This document shows positions 8,499 through 18,397 of a stretch of 64,000 nucleotides of DNA, piece by piece (the first letter of the stretch is position 1; each line of letters opens with the position of its first letter). The notes under the pieces were generated by a model, which saw only the letters and a list, made by a program, of their open reading frames with translations, ran no database searches and was not told the origin of the DNA. This stretch comes from a candidate division WWE3 bacterium (GTDB taxonomy: Bacteria > Patescibacteriota > WWE3 > UBA101185 > UBA10185): assembly GCA_052035175.1 (NCBI GenBank), contig JBPOHV010000001.1, positions 297,569-361,568 of the forward strand, in the 5' to 3' direction. The translations under genes were made by a program, and so were the position numbers.

Positions 8499-8885
8499 TC
8501 ATTTCTTAGCTAGCTTTTTCTTTTGTCCACCGACTGTCTTTCGTTTTCCTTTTCTAGTACGTGCATTTCTGCGAGTACTTTGGCCTCTTACTGGAAGACC
8601 TTGTCTGTGTCTGTTACCTCTATAACTCTTAATTTCTTGTAATCTACGTATATTTTGAGAGACTATTCTTTTTGCTTCACCTTCTACTGGTAATTTCAAT
8701 TCTGCGATCGCAGTTCTAATCTTTGAAGCATCTTCTTCAGATATATTTTTTGCTCTCAAATCAGAGCTAACTTGTGCAATTTTCAAAATTTCTTTGGCTC
8801 TTGCTGGACCGATTCCATAAATGTATGTTAGAGCTATTTCTATTCTTTTATCATTTGGTATGTCAACACCAGCAATTCTCGGCAT
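8499..8885 (-). CDS. rpsM: 30S ribosomal protein S13
   Basis: [26 protein letters not shown]. Confidence 0.93.
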   Translation of the reverse strand: MPRIAGVDIPNDKRIEIALTYIYGIGPARAKEILKIAQVSSDLRAKNISEEDASKIRTAIAELKLPVEGEAKRIVSQNIRRLQEIKSYRGNRHRQGLPVRGQSTRRNARTRKGKRKTVGGQKKKLAKK

Positions 8886-8886
8886 T

Positions 8887-9000
8887 TTATCCTTGTCTTT
8901 GTTTGTGCTTTGGAGTTTTACAAATAACTCTTATAACACCCTTTCTTTTTACTAATTTACAGTTTCTGCAAATCTTTTTTACTGATGCTCTAACTTTCAT
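8887..9000 (-). CDS. rpmJ: 50S ribosomal protein L36 (37 aa; missing from the ORF track)
   Basis: Manual translation of the minus strand gives [37 protein letters not shown], a canonical L36 with a C-x2-C...C-x-H zinc ribbon. Confidence 0.85.
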   Translation of the reverse strand: MKVRASVKKICRNCKLVKRKGVIRVICKTPKHKQRQG

Positions 9001-9008
9001 ATTTTTAT

Positions 9009-9224
9009 CTATCTATACCTGTATACGATTCTGCCACGTGTAAGGTCGTGTGGAGAAAATTCTACTTTTACTTTATCTCCAGGTAAAGGCCAAACCCGTG
9101 CTTTACGCATTTTGCCAGACATTATAGCAAATGCTGTGACACCTTCATCCAATTCGATCACAAACAAACCTGTTTGCGCTTCTTTGACTTTTCCATCTTT
9201 TATAACAACTTCTTTTGTAGACAT
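9009..9224 (-). CDS. infA: translation initiation factor IF-1
   Basis: 71 aa with an S1-like fold; [35 protein letters not shown]. Confidence 0.92.
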   Translation of the reverse strand: MSTKEVVIKDGKVKEAQTGLFVIELDEGVTAFAIMSGKMRKARVWPLPGDKVKVEFSPHDLTRGRIVYRYR

Positions 9225-9399
9225 TTATTCTTAACTACTGACGCGCCTGATTCTAGCAAACGCAGTGCATTAGGTCAACAAATTCTTGACTTTGTATCCT
9301 TTATTATAGAAAATGTTCCCAATTAAGAAAAGCGTTGGATTTATTATATTATATAAATAGGCATAAATTCTATATATATAAATAAAAATTCAAAAGAAA

Positions 9400-9560
9400 G
9401 CTTCCAACTTTCAAGCTCTTGAGAGGACGCTGCCAGGCTATATTAACAGCGAAAACTCAAGCGGGAGGCCCGTGACAGCTATAACAAAAAAGTGAAAAGT
9501 ACCAGGTGGTACCGACCCGAAACCGGGTCCCTGGCGTTGCGTAGTCAGGCCTTTTTTGTA
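9400..9560 (+). promoter_or_regulatory. putative T-box riboswitch leader upstream of serS
   Basis: About 280-nt 5' leader. It contains GGUGGUACCG at 9505-9514 (T-box consensus AGGGUGGNACCGCG), followed by GC hairpins and a U-run at 9552-9558. A GAGAGGA element lies upstream. serS is a classical T-box target. Confidence 0.4.
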
Positions 9561-9587
9561 TTTAATTTCTGGCTACAGAAGGAAAAT

Positions 9588-10829
9588 ATGCTAGATATAA
9601 AATTGATTCGTGAAAACCCTGAGAAGGTAAAAGCTGGTGTACAAGCAAAGCAGCATGATCCAGCTATAGTTGATCAAGTTGTAGTAGCCGATACTCAAAG
9701 ATTGGCTTTATTAAAAGAAATTGAAGATCTTAGAAGCCAAAGAAACAAAGCATCCTCAGAAAAAAACATTGAAGAAGGTAAAAAGCTAAAAGAATTGCTC
9801 AAGCTTAAAGAGCCAGAATTAGGTGTTTTAGACGAGAAATTCTTTTCACTCCTCAATCAAATCCCAAATATACCTTTAGATGCCGCTCCAATTGGTAAAT
9901 CTGATAATGATAATGTTGAGCTTAGAAAATGGGGAACTGTTAGAGAGTTTTCTTTTAAACCAAAAGATCATTTGGAACTAGGAACTACTCTCAAAGTATT
10001 AGACTTTGATTCTGGCGCAAAAGTTACGGGATCACAATTCTACTATTTGTATAACGAAGGTGCAGTTTTGGAGTTGGCTTTAACAATGTATGCTTTTGAT
10101 CTTTTATCTAAGCAAGGTTTTACTCCAGTTATTACGCCAGACTTGGCCAAATCGCGATATTACTTGGGTACGGGTTATGCTCCAAAAGGTAATGAAGCAC
10201 AGACTTATACAATAGAGGGGGAAGATTTAGGCCTTATTGCTACGGCAGAAGTTACTCTGGCTGGTAAGCATGCAGACGAAATCATACCAGAAAGCTCTTT
10301 GCCGATAAAATATATTGGTTATTCGCATTGCTTTAGAAAAGAAGCTGGCGCGTATGGTAAATACTCAAAAGGTATGTATAGAGTACATCAATTCACAAAA
10401 GCCGAAATGTTTATTTATTGTAAGCCAGAAGATTCTGAAGCTTACCACCAAGAAATTTTGGCAATGGAAGAAAAGATTTATCAATCTCTAAACCTACCTT
10501 ATAGAGTATTAGAAATGTGTACGGGAGATCTTGGTGCTATGGCTGCTAGAAAATACGATGTCGAAGTTTGGTTGCCTGGTCGTGGCGATTATGGCGAAGT
10601 TACCTCAACTTCAAACTGTACAGATTATCAAGCGAGAAATCTGAATATACGATTTAAGCGTGCTGATAATACTATTGAATATGTTCATATGTTGAATGGA
10701 ACTGCGATTGTAATGTCACGTGTACCTTTGGCTATATTAGAAAACTTTCAACAAGAAGATGGGTCTATAATTATTCCAGAGGTACTTAGAAAGTACACAG
10801 GGTTTGATATTATAAAGCCAAAGTCATGA
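9588..10829 (+). CDS. serS: seryl-tRNA synthetase (start at MLDIKLIREN; the ORF track's 9492 start lies inside the leader)
   Basis: N-terminal coiled-coil arm plus class II core motifs (FRKE, GLIATAEV..., VWLPG). Confidence 0.9.
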   Translation: MLDIKLIRENPEKVKAGVQAKQHDPAIVDQVVVADTQRLALLKEIEDLRSQRNKASSEKNIEEGKKLKELLKLKEPELGVLDEKFFSLLNQIPNIPLDAAPIGKSDNDNVELRKWGTVREFSFKPKDHLELGTTLKVLDFDSGAKVTGSQFYYLYNEGAVLELALTMYAFDLLSKQGFTPVITPDLAKSRYYLGTGYAPKGNEAQTYTIEGEDLGLIATAEVTLAGKHADEIIPESSLPIKYIGYSHCFRKEAGAYGKYSKGMYRVHQFTKAEMFIYCKPEDSEAYHQEILAMEEKIYQSLNLPYRVLEMCTGDLGAMAARKYDVEVWLPGRGDYGEVTSTSNCTDYQARNLNIRFKRADNTIEYVHMLNGTAIVMSRVPLAILENFQQEDGSIIIPEVLRKYTGFDIIKPKS

Positions 10830-11509
10830 TGCACACTGAAACAACACAAAAGGTTATATTTGAAACTGAATCTAAATTTAGTGGAAAAATCGAAGTAGTT
10901 GATACAGGCAAAATTCGAAAGCTTTTGGTAAATGGAATTTTGCAATCTATTAATTATGATTATCCTCATATAAAGAGACTTGTATGGGGGAGTGTAGTTG
11001 ATCTACTCAAAGATAAAGAGCCAAATTTGATGAAAGTTTTGTTTATGGGTCTTGGAGGCGGTTGTATGCAAAAACTTGTGTCACAATCATTTCCAGACGC
11101 AAAACTCGCAAGCATCGAGATAGATGAAGAAATAATAAATATAGCAAAACAATACTTTGGTTTAGATAGTATTCCAAATCACACAATTATTCATGAGGAT
11201 GCCTTACGTGTAGTGCATCATCCAACTAATTACGGGCTAAATAAAGAAGGCTTTCAAGTAATAATCGTAGACGTTGTAATCGGAGAAGAATACCCAGATG
11301 TTTGTAAGACGGGGAATTTCTTAAATGCGGTTAAAGATATGTGTATGCCTGGAGGATTGGTAATTTTTGTACGAAATTATAGAGAACACCATCAAGAAGA
11401 TGTAGATACTTTTGTATCTATGTGCGAAGACTTTTTCAAAGATTGCAATTCATTTGCGATCGCTGGTAAAACCAATTCTGATAATTTAGTTATTTACGGT
11501 AGAGCGTAG
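10826..11509 (+). CDS. spermidine synthase-like class I SAM-fold protein
   Basis: VLFMGLGGGCM and IEIDEEIINIAKQYF resemble the SpeE glycine-rich and acidic motifs. At 227 aa it is shorter than canonical SpeE. Confidence 0.55.
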   Translation: MMHTETTQKVIFETESKFSGKIEVVDTGKIRKLLVNGILQSINYDYPHIKRLVWGSVVDLLKDKEPNLMKVLFMGLGGGCMQKLVSQSFPDAKLASIEIDEEIINIAKQYFGLDSIPNHTIIHEDALRVVHHPTNYGLNKEGFQVIIVDVVIGEEYPDVCKTGNFLNAVKDMCMPGGLVIFVRNYREHHQEDVDTFVSMCEDFFKDCNSFAIAGKTNSDNLVIYGRA

Positions 11510-11513
11510 TTTT

Positions 11514-12278
11514 ATGACTATTTTTCAATCTTTAATTTTGGGTGCTGTTCAAGGGTTAACCGAATTTATTCCTGTATCTTCTTCTGGTCATTTAGTTTTA
11601 GTCCCTATGATTTTTGGTTGGGCGTATCAGTCATTGACATTTGATTTGGTTTTACATTTTGGTACGGCTTTGGCATTGATAATTTATTTTTGGAAAGATC
11701 TCATTGGTTTATTAAAAAATATGTCTTTGTTAAAGCTTTTGATTGTAGGTTCTATTCCGGCTGTTGTTTTGGGAGTTTTGTTTGAAAATGCGTTTGAATT
11801 TTATTTTAGAAGCGAATTGTGGGTCGTTTTATTTTTGCTACTCGGCAGTATACTTATGTTTCTTGCAGAAAAACTTTTTGTAAATCGCCAATCTGTTGTA
11901 AGTAATGTAAATGATATTGGGTTAAAAAAAGCATTTTTAGTAGGATGTTTTCAAGCTTTGGCCTTATTTCCTGGATTTTCAAGATCTGGTTCTACGATAT
12001 CAGGCTCAATGTTGTTAGGCCTTGATCGCGAGCAAGCTGCAAGATTCTCTTTTTTGCTTTCTTTGCCAATAGTCTTGGCAGCAGGATTTTTCAAATTATT
12101 GGGTTCTTATAATCAATTGACCTTAGACGCGAGTATAGTAATTGGTTTTTTCACGAGCTTTTTGGTAGGTCTATTTGCTATTAGTTTTTTGATGAAATTT
12201 TTGAAAACAAATAAACTGTATGTGTTTGTGATGTATCGTGTGATCTTGTGCGTTGTTTTATTATTGATGATTATTTGA
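11514..12278 (+). CDS. uppP: undecaprenyl-diphosphatase
   Basis: EFIPVSSSGHL and FSRSGSTI are the BacA/UppP motifs. Multi-TM protein. Confidence 0.88.
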   Translation: MTIFQSLILGAVQGLTEFIPVSSSGHLVLVPMIFGWAYQSLTFDLVLHFGTALALIIYFWKDLIGLLKNMSLLKLLIVGSIPAVVLGVLFENAFEFYFRSELWVVLFLLLGSILMFLAEKLFVNRQSVVSNVNDIGLKKAFLVGCFQALALFPGFSRSGSTISGSMLLGLDREQAARFSFLLSLPIVLAAGFFKLLGSYNQLTLDASIVIGFFTSFLVGLFAISFLMKFLKTNKLYVFVMYRVILCVVLLLMII

Positions 12279-12774
12279 GCTTTTTTATCTTTTTGATTAT
12301 TTCACTTGTTGAATTTATCTGACACAGTCTTGGATCTTGTATAAGCTTATCAAGTCTCACATACTTTATTCCTCTTATTTTTTCGTCCAGACGTTTTGTG
12401 TAACCAAAATTGGCACCAAAAGTGACTGTGTTTGGTTTTAAGAGTTGATATAAGTTTAAATAATATGAACTTTCTACACGATCTAATGTATCTATCAAAA
12501 ATACAAAGTCTGTTGATCTATGCGCTGCTACGAGTTCGGTGCGTTCACGCTCGTCTAGTATAGGTCTTCCGGTACTTTTGTATTGTTGAATATTTTTATT
12601 GGGCTCAACACCAACTATTAATACATCCCCTTTTTTCTTGGATGTTTCTATAACGTATGAATGCCCAGTATGAAAAAGATCAAATGTTCCATGTGTAAAA
12701 ATAATAGTTTTACCTTGTTTTTTGAGCTGCTGTGCAACGTCTATGATAGTGTTAGTTCGAAGTATGTACGCCAC
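12271..12774 (-). CDS. cytidylyltransferase-family protein (HxGH nucleotidyltransferase)
   Basis: FTHGTFDLFHTGH motif, as in TagD, RfaE domain II and FAD synthetase nucleotidyltransferases. Confidence 0.6.
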   Translation of the reverse strand: MAYILRTNTIIDVAQQLKKQGKTIIFTHGTFDLFHTGHSYVIETSKKKGDVLIVGVEPNKNIQQYKSTGRPILDERERTELVAAHRSTDFVFLIDTLDRVESSYYLNLYQLLKPNTVTFGANFGYTKRLDEKIRGIKYVRLDKLIQDPRLCQINSTSEIIKKIKKLK

Positions 12775-12881
12775 TTTGAGGAAATTCTACCACAATAGGA
12801 CTGTACTTGATTAACAGCTGTCTAAGTAAGGACTGTCCTTCATTGGGACTGACCTTTGTAGGTGCTATAATCATTTACGCT

Positions 12882-15428
12882 ATGTTTGGCATGCTCTTTG
12901 ATGCAAATGAAAAACAAATAGTTAAACTAAAGAAAATTGTTGCAGAGATAAATCTTTTGGGCGATGAAGTGGCCAAAATGTCTGATGAAGAAATTCGCAC
13001 GCAAACTTTAGCCTGGAAAAATGAATTGCATACATTACCTCAAGAAAGTCTCGAAAAGAAACTTTCAGAAATATTACCAAGGGCTTTTGCATTAGGTAGA
13101 GAGATGAGTAATCGTATTTTGCATATGCGTCATTACGATGTCCAACTTCTTGCTGGTATAGTTTTGCATCAAGGTAAAGTCGCAGAACAAAAAACCGGCG
13201 AAGGTAAAACACTAACGGCAACCTTACCTTTGTATTTAAACTCTTTAACTGGTCGAGGCGTACACCTTGTTACACCAAACGATTATTTGTCTAGGCATGG
13301 CGCAGGATGGATGGGTCCTTTGTATCATGCTCTTGGTATAAGTGTTGCAGTTATTATGTCTGATCAAAAATCTTTTGTTTATGACCCTAATTTTCAGAAT
13401 ACAGAGTTTGAAGACTCTTATACTATTCATTTTAGACCAGTTACACGAGCAGAAGCTTACAAATGCGATATTTTGTATGGAACTAATCACGAATTTGGTT
13501 TTGACTATTTGCGAGACAGTAGCGCTGAGAAACTTGATTCTATTGTACAAACAAATGCCGTAGGAGATTGGGGTGCCCACAATTTTGCAGTTATCGATGA
13601 AGTAGACAACATATTGATTGATTTTGCTCGTACACCGTTAATTATCGCGGGTATTGATGTAGAGAGTTCACAACGTTATCAAGAGGCCGATAAAATAATT
13701 CGTCAACTTAGTAAAGATACTGACTATGATATCGACGAAAAATATAAAAATGTGACACTTACAGATTTGGGTATCCGTCGTATAGAAAATATGTTGGGTA
13801 TTAAAAATTTGTATGAACAAGATTTTGAAATGGTGCACCTTATCGAACAATCTTTAAAAGCTCACACATTAATGCATAAGGATAAAGATTATGTTGTTAA
13901 AAATGGCCAAGTTTTAATTGTCGATCAGTTTACAGGTAGAATTTTGGAAAGTAATAGGTTTTCCGAAGGTTTGCATCAAGCAATTGAAGTGAAAGAGGGT
14001 GTTGCTGTTCAGAGTGAAAATAAAACAATGGCAACAATTTCTTATCAAAACTATTACAGGAAGTATTCTAAGTTAGCCGGTATGACTGGTACAGCGGCAA
14101 CAGAAGCAGAAGAGCTGTATAAGATTTATAAATTAGAAGTAGTTGTAATACCTACTCACAAAAAAGTTAGCCGTAGTGACCATAACGATGTAGTTTATAA
14201 AACTGTAAATGCAAAATTCAAAGCAGTAGCTGATGAAATCGAAGATTGTTATAACCGGGGTCAACCTGTTTTGATAGGTACAACTACAATCGAAAAAAGT
14301 GAAGACTTACATAGTTTATTAGAGCGTCGTCATATTCCACATGAAATTTTGAATGCAAAAAACCATGAGAGAGAAGCTATGATAATCGCACAAGCTGGGC
14401 GAAAGCACGCAGTAACAATAGCTACAAATATGGCTGGTCGCGGTGTCGATATCAAACTTGGTGGCGATCCTTTTAATCAAGCAGAGTTTGATGAAGTAGC
14501 AGCATTGGGAGGTTTGCACGTCATTGGTACAGAGCGCCATGAGTCTCGTAGAATAGATAACCAATTGCGTGGTCGATCAGGTCGTCAAGGCGATCCTGGT
14601 TCTTCTAGGTTTTATGTAGCGTTGAATGATGAATTGATGAGGGTTTTTGGTGGTGATGCTATTAGCAGTTTGATGGGTAAGTTTGGAATGGCAGAAGATA
14701 TCCCGCTTGAAGCAAGTTTGGTGAGCCGTGCAATTGAGAATGCACAAAAAAAGGTTGAAGGTTTAAACTTTGATACTCGTAAGAGATTGGTCGAGCGCGA
14801 TGATGTGATGAATATTCACCGAGAAACTGTTTATAAATTGAGACGTAGACTTTTGGAAATGAGTGAAGGTATTTCTGAACATGAAGATTGGTTTCTTTCT
14901 AAATTAAAAGAATTCGCCAACTTTGATACCAATATTTGGTATGAGCGCCAAAGTAAAGTTGGTGCCGAACGCTGGAATTTGTTGATAAAGGTAGCATGTT
15001 TACCTGTAGTAGATACATTGTGGATGGAGCACTTGGTTGATATGGGTCAATTGCAAGATGGTATGAATTTAATTCAGTATGCACAGCGTGAGCCGTTGGT
15101 TGAATATAAGAGTCGTGCGCATGAAAGATTTGAGGTGTTAGTCACAAAGATTTATACACTTATTGCTGAGCGTGTTTTAAATATGTCTGAGAATGCAGGG
15201 TCTTTAGAAATTTCTGATACACACAAACGACGCATGGATCGCGTTGTCTACAATGCTGGTAAATTTGAAAGTGGCGTCACAGATGAGGCACGTCAGTATA
15301 CACAAAATAATGTGTCACGTAATTATAGTGACAGATTAAAACCTGTAGGTAATGCTCAGAAAGTTGGTCGAAATGACCCATGCCCTTGCGGAAGTGGCAA
15401 GAAGTACAAGCATTGCCACGGTAAATAA
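12882..15428 (+). CDS. secA: preprotein translocase ATPase SecA (start at MFGMLF; track start 12807)
   Basis: DEAD-like motor motifs, preprotein cross-linking domain, and a C-terminal zinc-binding CPCGSGKKYKHCHG. Confidence 0.93.
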   Translation: MFGMLFDANEKQIVKLKKIVAEINLLGDEVAKMSDEEIRTQTLAWKNELHTLPQESLEKKLSEILPRAFALGREMSNRILHMRHYDVQLLAGIVLHQGKVAEQKTGEGKTLTATLPLYLNSLTGRGVHLVTPNDYLSRHGAGWMGPLYHALGISVAVIMSDQKSFVYDPNFQNTEFEDSYTIHFRPVTRAEAYKCDILYGTNHEFGFDYLRDSSAEKLDSIVQTNAVGDWGAHNFAVIDEVDNILIDFARTPLIIAGIDVESSQRYQEADKIIRQLSKDTDYDIDEKYKNVTLTDLGIRRIENMLGIKNLYEQDFEMVHLIEQSLKAHTLMHKDKDYVVKNGQVLIVDQFTGRILESNRFSEGLHQAIEVKEGVAVQSENKTMATISYQNYYRKYSKLAGMTGTAATEAEELYKIYKLEVVVIPTHKKVSRSDHNDVVYKTVNAKFKAVADEIEDCYNRGQPVLIGTTTIEKSEDLHSLLERRHIPHEILNAKNHEREAMIIAQAGRKHAVTIATNMAGRGVDIKLGGDPFNQAEFDEVAALGGLHVIGTERHESRRIDNQLRGRSGRQGDPGSSRFYVALNDELMRVFGGDAISSLMGKFGMAEDIPLEASLVSRAIENAQKKVEGLNFDTRKRLVERDDVMNIHRETVYKLRRRLLEMSEGISEHEDWFLSKLKEFANFDTNIWYERQSKVGAERWNLLIKVACLPVVDTLWMEHLVDMGQLQDGMNLIQYAQREPLVEYKSRAHERFEVLVTKIYTLIAERVLNMSENAGSLEISDTHKRRMDRVVYNAGKFESGVTDEARQYTQNNVSRNYSDRLKPVGNAQKVGRNDPCPCGSGKKYKHCHGK

Positions 15429-15604
15429 TTTGCTAAGATATAAACATAACAACTTCTAATTTTTCGAAAAAACCAATATTAATATTCGATTTTGATGGAA
15501 CTATAGCCGATACTTTTCAAATCGTATTAGATATTATCAACGATAATCCTAGTGCCTACGGTGTAGATGGTATTACAAAAGAAGAAGCAATACGGCTTAG
15601 AAAT

Positions 15605-16096
15605 TTGGAACTTCCTTATCTTTTGAAAGAATTTAATATACATATTTTGCAACTTCCGTTTATTTTGGCGAAGTTGAGACGTGAAATTAAAAAAAGATAT
15701 TACGAAGTAAAACCTTTTGATAGGATGCCTGTATTACTTCACGAATTGTATGATGAAGGTTTTGAAATGGGTATCGTTTCTAGTAACTATGTCAAAACTA
15801 TTAAAAGCTTCTTATCTAAATATGATATGGAATATTTTAAATATGTATATGCTGACAAACACATATTTACAAAGAAAAATCTGTTAAACAAGGCAATAAA
15901 AGAACATAAGCTAGATCGCGATAATGTGATTTACATCGGTGATGAGTTGAGAGATATAGAAGCCGCTGTATCAGCCGGTGTAAAAATTTGTAGCGTCAGC
16001 TGGGGATTTAATAGTGTTGAGGTGCTTTCAAAATATAATAAAGATTCTTTGGCTAACACACCAGAAGAGTTAAAATATAAATTACATACACTATGA
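15605..16096 (+). CDS. HAD-family hydrolase (C-terminal part from the first canonical ATG; motif I lies upstream, see findings)
   Basis: IGDELRDIEAAVSAGV motif III/IV. The in-frame upstream sequence encodes KKPILIFDFDGTIADT (motif I) but has no ATG, GTG or TTG. Confidence 0.6.
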   Translation: MELPYLLKEFNIHILQLPFILAKLRREIKKRYYEVKPFDRMPVLLHELYDEGFEMGIVSSNYVKTIKSFLSKYDMEYFKYVYADKHIFTKKNLLNKAIKEHKLDRDNVIYIGDELRDIEAAVSAGVKICSVSWGFNSVEVLSKYNKDSLANTPEELKYKLHTL

Positions 16097-17148
16097 AACC
16101 AAAAATTGTTGTAGTAGGTGGCGGGACAGGTTCACATACTCTTTTGAGCGGTCTAAAAGCGCTCGATTGTGATTTATTTTCAATTGTTACAGTTGCAGAT
16201 AGTGGTGGAAGCACAGGTCGTTTACGAGATGAATTTGGGTATTTACCAATGGGTGATTTTAGAATGTCGTTGGTGGGTATGGCACAAAGCGACCCAGATG
16301 CTGTGATGCGTAAATTGTTTATGTATAGATTTGATAGGGGTGAACAAGGTTTACGTGGCCATAATTTTGGTAACTTAATGTTGGTTGCTTTGACAGATAT
16401 CTTGAAATCTGAAGAAAAAGCTTTTGAGTATGCATCGCATATTTTGAATGTAAAAGGAACAGTTTTACCTGTAACAACTTCTCAAGTGACTTTGATGGCT
16501 GAATATGAAAATGGAGAGATCTTGGAAGGTGAGGCAAGTATAGATTATCCACCTAGTGAACATGATGGTACTTTGCACATAAAGAGATTGTTTCTCAAAG
16601 ACCCAGCAACAATTTCTGATGCAGCAAAAGCGGCGTTGCTCAATGCTGACTACATAATTATTTCGCCTGGTGATTTGTATACTAGTATATTGGCGAATGT
16701 TGTAGTTTCTGGTGTATCTGAAGCTATCTCACATAGTCACGCAAAACTAATTTATATATCAAATCTTATGTCAAAGTGGGGGCAAACATATAATTTTAAA
16801 ACGAGTAATTATCTACATGAGTTGAAAAAATACATTTCTAGAGTTCCAGATATTGTTTTGATCAATAATGCAGAATTGCCAGAAGATATTTTGGAGTCTT
16901 ATTCAAAAGAAAATAATCATAAAGTAATTAATGACTTAGAAAGTAATGAGGAGTGCAGTGTGATATGTGTAGATTTACTTGCTGACGAAAAAGTAAGACT
17001 TGTTTCTGGAGATTTAGTTAAGAGAAGCTTGATCAGACATAGTCCAGAAAAGCTATCACGTGAAATTTCCAAAATAATTTTCACAGACGAAATATCTAAT
17101 CTTCAGTCTGGTATGAGTGACTTGGCTAACATGAATATGATTATCTGA
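16093..17148 (+). CDS. YvcK/CofD-family protein (UPF0052, gluconeogenesis factor-like)
   Basis: MKPKIVVVGGGTGSHTLLSGLK N-terminus and overall length. Confidence 0.7.
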   Translation: MKPKIVVVGGGTGSHTLLSGLKALDCDLFSIVTVADSGGSTGRLRDEFGYLPMGDFRMSLVGMAQSDPDAVMRKLFMYRFDRGEQGLRGHNFGNLMLVALTDILKSEEKAFEYASHILNVKGTVLPVTTSQVTLMAEYENGEILEGEASIDYPPSEHDGTLHIKRLFLKDPATISDAAKAALLNADYIIISPGDLYTSILANVVVSGVSEAISHSHAKLIYISNLMSKWGQTYNFKTSNYLHELKKYISRVPDIVLINNAELPEDILESYSKENNHKVINDLESNEECSVICVDLLADEKVRLVSGDLVKRSLIRHSPEKLSREISKIIFTDEISNLQSGMSDLANMNMII

Positions 17149-17179
17149 TTTTGGCTTGACTGCTATAATATCAATGTAA

Positions 17180-18397
17180 ATGAAAAACATTTTACGACAA
17201 TTAGAAAATTTTGGGCATTTCATAAGGTCATGGTTGTTTAACTTGATTTATGGTTACCCATTAAAAGATTTTAAAGTGATTTTTGTTACTGGTACCGATG
17301 GTAAAACAACGACATCTACTTTTATCTATAACATTTTAAACTCGGCAGGAATGAATGTAGGCCTTGTTTCTACTGTCGAGGCCAAAATAAAAGATATAAG
17401 CTTGGATACAGGTTTGCATACAACTACGCCATCTAATAAAGCTCTTCAAGAAATTTTGGTGCAGCTAAAGAAACATCAGTGTGAGTATTTAGTAATGGAA
17501 TATACAGCGCATGGTATTGATCAGAGTAGAGTAGTTGGTGCTAACGTCATTGCATCGGTCTTTACAAATATTACAAACGAACATTTAGATTATTCTGGTA
17601 CATTAGAAAATTTGATTGAGACAAAAGGTAAGATAATCAAACTTGCAAAAAAGTCATACTTCAATGCCAAATGTGCTGTTGTCAAAAAGCTTGTAGAAAT
17701 TGCAAAGCGCACAGATTCAGATTATGAACTGTATACGTCAGATTTTCTAAAGGAAAGTTTGCCAAATGATTGGTCACAAAAGTTTCCGGGAGAATACAAT
17801 TTGGAAAATGCATCGGCAGCTTATTTTGTGACGCGAAGCTTGGGTGTGCCAGATAATACTATTGTGTCTGCGATCGCAAATAGCACACCTCCTGTTGGTA
17901 GATTTGAAGAAATAAAAAATGAGACTGGTATAAAAATTTATATAGACTTTGCTCATACACCAAATGCATTAAAAGAAGTCTTAACTGCTTCAAAGAAATT
18001 ATTTCCATCTTCAAAGCTTATTGTTGTTTTTGGTAGCGCGGGTCTTCGGGATAAATATAAACGTCCTGTAATGGGTCAACATGCCAAAGAGTTAGCGGAC
18101 TATGTTGTAATTACTGCCGAAGACCCGCGCACAGAAGATGTAAATATAATCTCAAGGCAAATCGCAGAGGGTTGTATAAAAGCAGGCGGTGTCGAGAATA
18201 AAGATTTTTTTATTAAAGTAGATCGTCAAGAAGCAATCGATTTTGCAATCACAAAATTAGCTACTGCAGGAGATGTAGTGTTGATAACTGGGAAAAGCCA
18301 TGAAAAATCAATGTGTTTTGGTAATACAGAATACCCTTGGTCTGATTTTGACGCAGTGCACAAAGTTATAAAGAAAATGAAAAATAATGTTTCCTAA
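17180..18397 (+). CDS. Mur ligase family protein, MurE-like, with a shortened N-terminal domain
   Basis: VTGTDGKTTT P-loop at about residue 37. C-terminal Mur ligase domain with FGSAGLRDKYKRP, DRQEAI and GKSHE. Confidence 0.7.
   Translation: MKNILRQLENFGHFIRSWLFNLIYGYPLKDFKVIFVTGTDGKTTTSTFIYNILNSAGMNVGLVSTVEAKIKDISLDTGLHTTTPSNKALQEILVQLKKHQCEYLVMEYTAHGIDQSRVVGANVIASVFTNITNEHLDYSGTLENLIETKGKIIKLAKKSYFNAKCAVVKKLVEIAKRTDSDYELYTSDFLKESLPNDWSQKFPGEYNLENASAAYFVTRSLGVPDNTIVSAIANSTPPVGRFEEIKNETGIKIYIDFAHTPNALKEVLTASKKLFPSSKLIVVFGSAGLRDKYKRPVMGQHAKELADYVVITAEDPRTEDVNIISRQIAEGCIKAGGVENKDFFIKVDRQEAIDFAITKLATAGDVVLITGKSHEKSMCFGNTEYPWSDFDAVHKVIKKMKNNVS

Noticed and set aside
9287-9310. A sigma-70 promoter for serS (TTGACT at 9287-9292 with a downstream TATAGA/TATTAT)
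   Set aside because: The spacing between the candidate -35 and -10 boxes is 10-13 bp, which is too short, so I do not call a specific promoter.
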